A DNA stretch of 36,736 nt from a virus. Taxonomy: Duplodnaviria; Caudoviricetes. The translations under genes were made by a program, and so were the position numbers. Shown here piece by piece: positions 36,045-36,736 of the stretch; position 1 is the stretch's first letter, and every line of letters starts with the position of its first letter. The stretch spans positions 1 to 36,736 of IMG/VR virus record IMGVR_UViG_3300020045_004676, one strand, 5' to 3'. The notes under the pieces are model-generated. The model worked only from the letters and a program-made list of their open reading frames with translations, did no database searches and had not been told where the DNA came from.

Positions 36045-36548
36045 ATTTTAGATTTAACTTTTAATTTAAAGCACAAGGCCATAATTGTATTAATGTATTC
36101 TTGCGCCTTAAGAGTATCTGAGGTTATAAACTTAAAAATAGTCGATATCGATTCGACAAACAAAAAAATTAACATTAGATCATCTAAAGGCAAAATCGAT
36201 AGGGTTGTTATGCTTGATGAGAAGTTACTTGACATGCTAAGAACGTATTGGATGGAGTATCAAACAAAAGAGTACGTTTTCGAGGGTTCAAAGGGCGGTA
36301 AATATTCTGCAAATAGCATTCAAAACATTGTAAAATCAAAGGCAAAAAAAGCGGGAATTAACAAAAAAATATCTAGCCACTCGCTGAGACATAGCTGTTT
36401 GACTCAGCTAATAAAGAACGGAGTAGATTTAAGAAGAGTTCAAAAGATAGCAGGGCATAAGAACATTAATACTACTGCCAATTATATTAAAATAGTTGAT
36501 TCAGATATAATCGATACCGTTAGCCCTATTTCTGCAATAATGATATAA
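36045..36548 (+). pseudogene. Tyrosine recombinase (XerD/integron-integrase-like) catalytic domain, 5'-truncated
   Basis: NLKHKAIIVLMYSCALRVSE, KGKIDR, HSLRHS, GH...TT..Y all present; similarity begins upstream of ATG 36093; in-frame stop at 36009; N-terminal binding domain absent. Confidence 0.8.
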
Positions 36549-36628
36549 ATGTGTTTTTAAACACTACTTTCTCGAGTACCAAACTCAAAAACAATAGCTA
36601 ACTTGCATTACATTTAAAACTAGACGTT

Positions 36629-36736
36629 ATGTTCAGACTAACTAAAAAGAATCAGATTACTTCAGAGATTGAGGTAATTGACATTAACACAAACAAATCT
36701 TTGCTAAACCAGGATTTGATTGAAATTCGCGACATG
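36629..36736 (+). CDS. Possible ORF running off the right edge
   Basis: 36 open codons from ATG 36629; no RBS seen. Confidence 0.25.
   Translation, partial: MFRLTKKNQITSEIEVIDINTNKSLLNQDLIEIRDM

Noticed and set aside
36008-36235. 75-aa minus-strand ORF upstream of the portal as a real gene
   Set aside because: Mostly the antisense shadow of the recombinase; only the last dozen or so codons may be a genuine remnant
1-36736. CRISPR array or alternative genetic code
   Set aside because: No regularly spaced repeats seen; long genes are intact in the standard code, with TAA, TAG and TGA all used as stops

Overview
Almost the whole window (about 1-36040) is one AT-rich tailed-phage genome segment of podovirus-like architecture, with nearly all genes on the minus strand. 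Reading right to left it holds portal, small head proteins, scaffold, N4-gp56-type major capsid protein, a five-gene nucleotide-sugar biosynthesis block, decoration and tail-fibre genes, a glycosyltransferase/methyltransferase block, adaptor, nozzle, three ejection-type proteins, a LamG/C1q receptor-binding protein and an M23-peptidase lysis module. After these comes a sigma70-type promoter driving an early operon with small proteins, an OB-fold/SSB-like protein, an adenine DNA methyltransferase, HNH-RusA-HNH and a sigma-region-4 HTH regulator. The standout is nine sugar-synthesis and sugar-transfer genes built into the virion morphogenesis operon, several of them noticeably shortened; I infer a self-contained virion glycosylation system using a rare amino sugar. 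Also notable: RusA N- and C-terminal fragments fused onto the two flanking HNH genes, several structured non-coding leaders (one with a pseudoknot), an inverted and truncated TerS-like gene at the left end, and a 5'-truncated tyrosine recombinase where the large terminase would be expected. All calls come from reading motifs by eye; no searches were run.
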